A stretch of 64,000 bases of DNA, taken from contig CM060731.1 in the NCBI GenBank assembly GCA_030704615.1, forward strand, positions 75,578,001 through 75,642,000, read 5' to 3'. Made by a program: the position numbers and the translations under genes. Origin of the DNA: Takakia lepidozioides. Taxonomy: Eukaryota > Plantae > Bryophyta. This document shows positions 60,366 to 64,000 of the stretch, piece after piece; the first letter of the stretch is position 1, and the number at the start of each line of letters is the position of its first letter. A model generated the notes under the pieces. That model worked only from the letters and a program-made list of their open reading frames with translations. It did not search any database and had not been told where the DNA came from.

Positions 60366-61537
60366 GACTAGGGTTTGTAGAGTATAGTAAGAAACACCTT
60401 CTTCATGGTATCTTCCCCCCTAACATGCATGCAAGATTGCATTATCTTACTTTGCAATGCATTCATCCCAAATTGACAAGTTCCTCTTGATCTCCTTGGA
60501 ACTCATAGCAAGCTAATGTGCCCAATGACAAGCGCCAAGCCTTGCTTGAATTTGAATTTTGTATGCCATAGCTTTCCCTTGCATGGGCTAGTCACACACA
60601 CTTCCACCTCTTGACCTAGGTGTTCTCTTCATTCATCATAATGTGTATCCAACCTCTATTCAAGAGCTCATCTTCTCAAACTTGAAGTCACAAGCCCTAA
60701 AGAGCATGCTCCACATAAGCATCACTTGCTTGATCAACCATCCACCACAAAACTTAAGCAAAAAGGGAATGAATACATGAGCTTCCCCTTCCCCTTCCTT
60801 GTCTTGTCACATGCTAATGTATGGTTGAAGTTGCTATGCATGCCGTTAGCCACAATCTCCTTTCTACATGAAGACCACCTCCAATGATCTCCCACATGTG
60901 CTCCAAGCTCTTCAATACTCTAGGCTTGGTTTCACATCATCATGGATCTCACCCACATGCTTCCCTTTGGAGTCATCTTGAGCTTCTTGATGCTCTCCAA
61001 GTGGTTGCTTTTGTTGTCTTCAAGCCCTAGCCTATGTAGCTCCTTGGCTTTTCTTCCACAACATGCACCACCTCATACACAAAGAATGAACTTGCTCACT
61101 TCACCTTCTAGCTCTCCTCAAGCTTGAATTGGAAGCCACACTTGGAAAACATGCCCAAACACATGCGCCACTTGCTTGGTCAACCACTTGCTTCACCAAG
61201 AGCAATCCAAGAACTCATAGAACTAACAAAAGCACTCCCTTCTAGCGCCGCCTTTGCTTGTTTGTTTGTCAACCAAATAAAACCCCACTTGGCTTCATTT
61301 CACCATGGATAGAACAACCACTTCTTAGCTTCTCTTGAGCTACTCAATGCTCCTCAAGCTACCCTTGTTGTACTCCTTCTATTCCAACCCAAGCATGTGC
61401 GGCTCTTTGGCTTCTCTTTCACACCATGAACAACTAGAGCTTGCTCTTGAAACCCTAGTGTTTAACTTCTCCACACACAAGACGCTTCTCTTGTGATGCA
61501 AGAGCTCTTTTCAAAAGCTCTCTACCTCTATAGAGCA

Positions 61538-62523
61538 AAGTAATGCTTCTCAAACCCTAACATCAATGTTCTCCACGCCACAAGGATTTTCCTTTGCAAA
61601 ACCTGCAACACCTTGCAATACAAGAGCTCTTTACCAAGCTCTCTCCAACACACAAGTGCTAAACTAACCCTTACACTCCGCACTCACAAGCATAAGGAGA
61701 TCTTCTTGTACTGATAATGGAAGTGAACACACAATGGAAACACTCCACTCATGAATCCACTCGATCACATAAACTAAGTGCACCTTTGTTAAATGAATCC
61801 ACCCTACAAAGCCCTCACCACACTCCATCTCAACCCCTAGAGCTATGGAGGTGGGAGAGGCTCATGGAGGCTCAACTACAAGAAGATGAGCCTCCTCAAC
61901 ACTCACAAGGGGAAAACCTATCTCCATGTCTCAAGTGAGGCTCGACACCTCACTTGGCATGTGAGACCAAATGAAGTCCCAACACAGAAAATATAAATAT
62001 AAATATCTAAAATGTCATAGTTAACTAGAAGTAGGTAATTCTAGATATGTATATTTATATTTTGTGTGTTGGGAATTCATTTGGTCTCACATGCCAAGTG
62101 AGGTGTCGAGCCTCACTTGAGACATGGAGATAGGTTTTCCCCTTGTGAGTGTTGAGGAGGCTCATCTTCTTGTAGTTGAGCCTCCATGAGCCTCTCCTAC
62201 CTCCATAGCTCTAGGTATTGAGATGGAGTGTGGTGAGGGCTTTGTAGGGTGGATTCATTTAGCAAAGGTGCCCTTGGCTTGACTTAGTTTATATGATTGA
62301 GTGGATTCATGAGTGGAGTGTTTCCATTGTATGTTCACTTCCATTATCACTACAAGAAGATCTCATTATACTTGTGAGTGCGGAGTGTAAGGGTTAGTTT
62401 AGCACTTGTGTGTTGGAGAGAGTTTGGTAAAGAGCTCTTGTGTTGCAAGGTGTTGCAGGTTTTGCAAAGGAAAATCCTTGTGGCGTGGAGAACATGGATG
62501 TTAGGGTTTGAGAAGCATTACTT
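61538..62523. repeat. Long inverted repeat (foldback) with ~475-bp arms and a ~30-bp spacer
   Basis: 61538-62010 is the reverse complement of 62042-62523, with few substitutions and one ~10-bp indel. Confidence 0.92.
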
Positions 62524-62524
62524 G

Positions 62525-63164
62525 AGTCAGGATCTCGCGTGTTGGTCTTCTAGTAGCTTGGCCTTGCATTTCTTGCTAGCCTTCCATGGTTGTATCCACT
62601 CCCACTATCCAATGCAATGCGGACATAACCAATCCCCATCAGGAACCATCTCAAGAGGTGGAGTCAAGCATCCCATATGCCAACCTCTAGAGCATTGATC
62701 ACACACCAGCATGGTGGCTGCCCCTCTAGCAGACCCACACAACATGCACCTCAAACTTGCAGGTACCACTGCCAGGTTTGGGTCAACCCTTCCATCAACA
62801 TTTGGAAGGTGACATGGCGCGCAATTATGCACATGGTCCTTCCAAATCATGCCATCCCGACCCTCCAAGATCAGGACTCCTGAGGGCAACACCTCTCGAA
62901 CCCTCAAAATAGTACGTCATGCAGTCACATCCAAGGTCGTAGGAGCAGTCTGCTGCAGATAAACATAGTCACCAGGGTTAAATCTCCGAACCCCAGGACG
63001 TTAGCCCCCACCACGTATGGTAGCATACCTCAACGTATCACGATGTTGTGCAATGGCAAGGTTCTCGAAAGCCATGGGCATGACTTTCTTGAACAACTTT
63101 GCACGCTGATCACATGCATGTGCCCATATGTCCGAATCGTCAAGGTTGAGAACTGTAGCAGCTT
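62525..63164 (-). pseudogene. Second copy of the methyltransferase-Gypsy integrase C-terminus, with a PHD finger
   Basis: 62944-63164 is nearly identical to 47281-47501. It continues to CMLC...MLVCDQCSRGWHMGCLTPPLEMVPDGDWLCPHC (C4HC3). Confidence 0.9.
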
Positions 63165-63183
63165 TAGGGTTTAGGGTTTAGGG
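63163..63183 (+). repeat. Interstitial plant telomeric repeat (TTTAGGG)3
   Basis: Three perfect copies located exactly where integrase homology ends. Confidence 0.85.
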
Positions 63184-64000
63184 TGGTCAACAAAGGCTCG
63201 CAAATGTAACAAAAAGTAGAAAAAATACTAGAAAAAAACAAAGTAAATTTTAAGGGAGGCCGGTTCGGACCCAAATACAAATGCCATGGAAACCAAGACA
63301 AATGCATACAAAGTGTGCCTATCGTGCCTAAAGGGATGCTATAAGACTATTATGTCTTATCCAAGGACTCCCGCCCTCACGAGATAAGGTTCTCTAATTG
63401 AAGAATGAGACACTTTCGCTCCAACCGTAAGTTTTTTTATGTTTGCTTCTCCTTGTTTAGCGACAAAAATCTTGCTCACTATGGGCAAGCATGCGCTCAA
63501 GGCACTCACAAACATAGGGTCAAGTCTCAACCCCTAGTTGGAAAACTTATATGCCCACATTCAAAAAGAGGTTCGTACCTCTAAGGAAGAATGGGAGGGA
63601 TTACCGCATAAGGTCATCGACGAGAAGGTTAGGTCGGCAGAGGCTTGTGCATGCCCATAGTCCTCTGATCGCTCGAGATGAACTCGAGGGAGGATCAACC
63701 AAGTCCCTTCTCTCCGACCATCGAGCGTACGACAAGGGGAACTGTGTAGTCGGGGCTAAATTAGCTTACCCGACACGATTACCATATACCCCCAGCTGCC
63801 TTCCCCATTGTAAGCGGTGGCTAAGATGGCGTCAAACGGAAGGCTCTATACGCCCGTGCTTCGGAAAGAAAAAAGGCCTCGGAAGTATCCAAGGGTTGGG
63901 ATTCCCCTTGGAGCCAAGCACCCCTTCGATCCAAGTTGCCCGGGCGGGCTTCTCTAAGTGTGGAGACACAAAAAGAGTTAAGGTGTTTTATTCCAAGCAA
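63184..64000 (-). repeat. LTR sequence of family D, running off the window
   Basis: 63411-64000 is the reverse complement of ~21635-22243. Confidence 0.85.

Overview
This is eukaryotic nuclear DNA, most likely from a non-seed land plant. That is an inference from an intact PLS-DYW PPR editing-factor gene, TTTAGGG repeats and the transposon types. The window is mostly nested transposons around one intact host gene (PPR-DYW, 15788-18466, minus strand), whose N-terminus carries half of an OSB-type PDF motif. The most notable feature is a Ty3/Gypsy LTR retrotransposon (about 47281-59154, minus) whose polyprotein has a DNMT3-like cytosine-5 DNA methyltransferase in frame between protease and reverse transcriptase. 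A second fragment of the same family (62525-63164) shows a PHD finger on the integrase C-terminus. The first copy is interrupted by a Mutator-like element (48748-53643, 9-bp TSD) that carries a spliced, amino(N4C/N6A)-methyltransferase-like gene fragment. Also present: a self-nested stack of non-chromoviral Gypsy elements with large extra ORFs (about 19300-42803), a chromovirus 3' end with a hAT MITE in its chromodomain, CACTA ends, a MULE MITE, a copia remnant, a fungal Ecp2/KP4-like Cys-rich ORF, a ~1 kb foldback and an interstitial (TTTAGGG)3 at a breakpoint. All domain calls come from motif recognition by eye; no searches were run.
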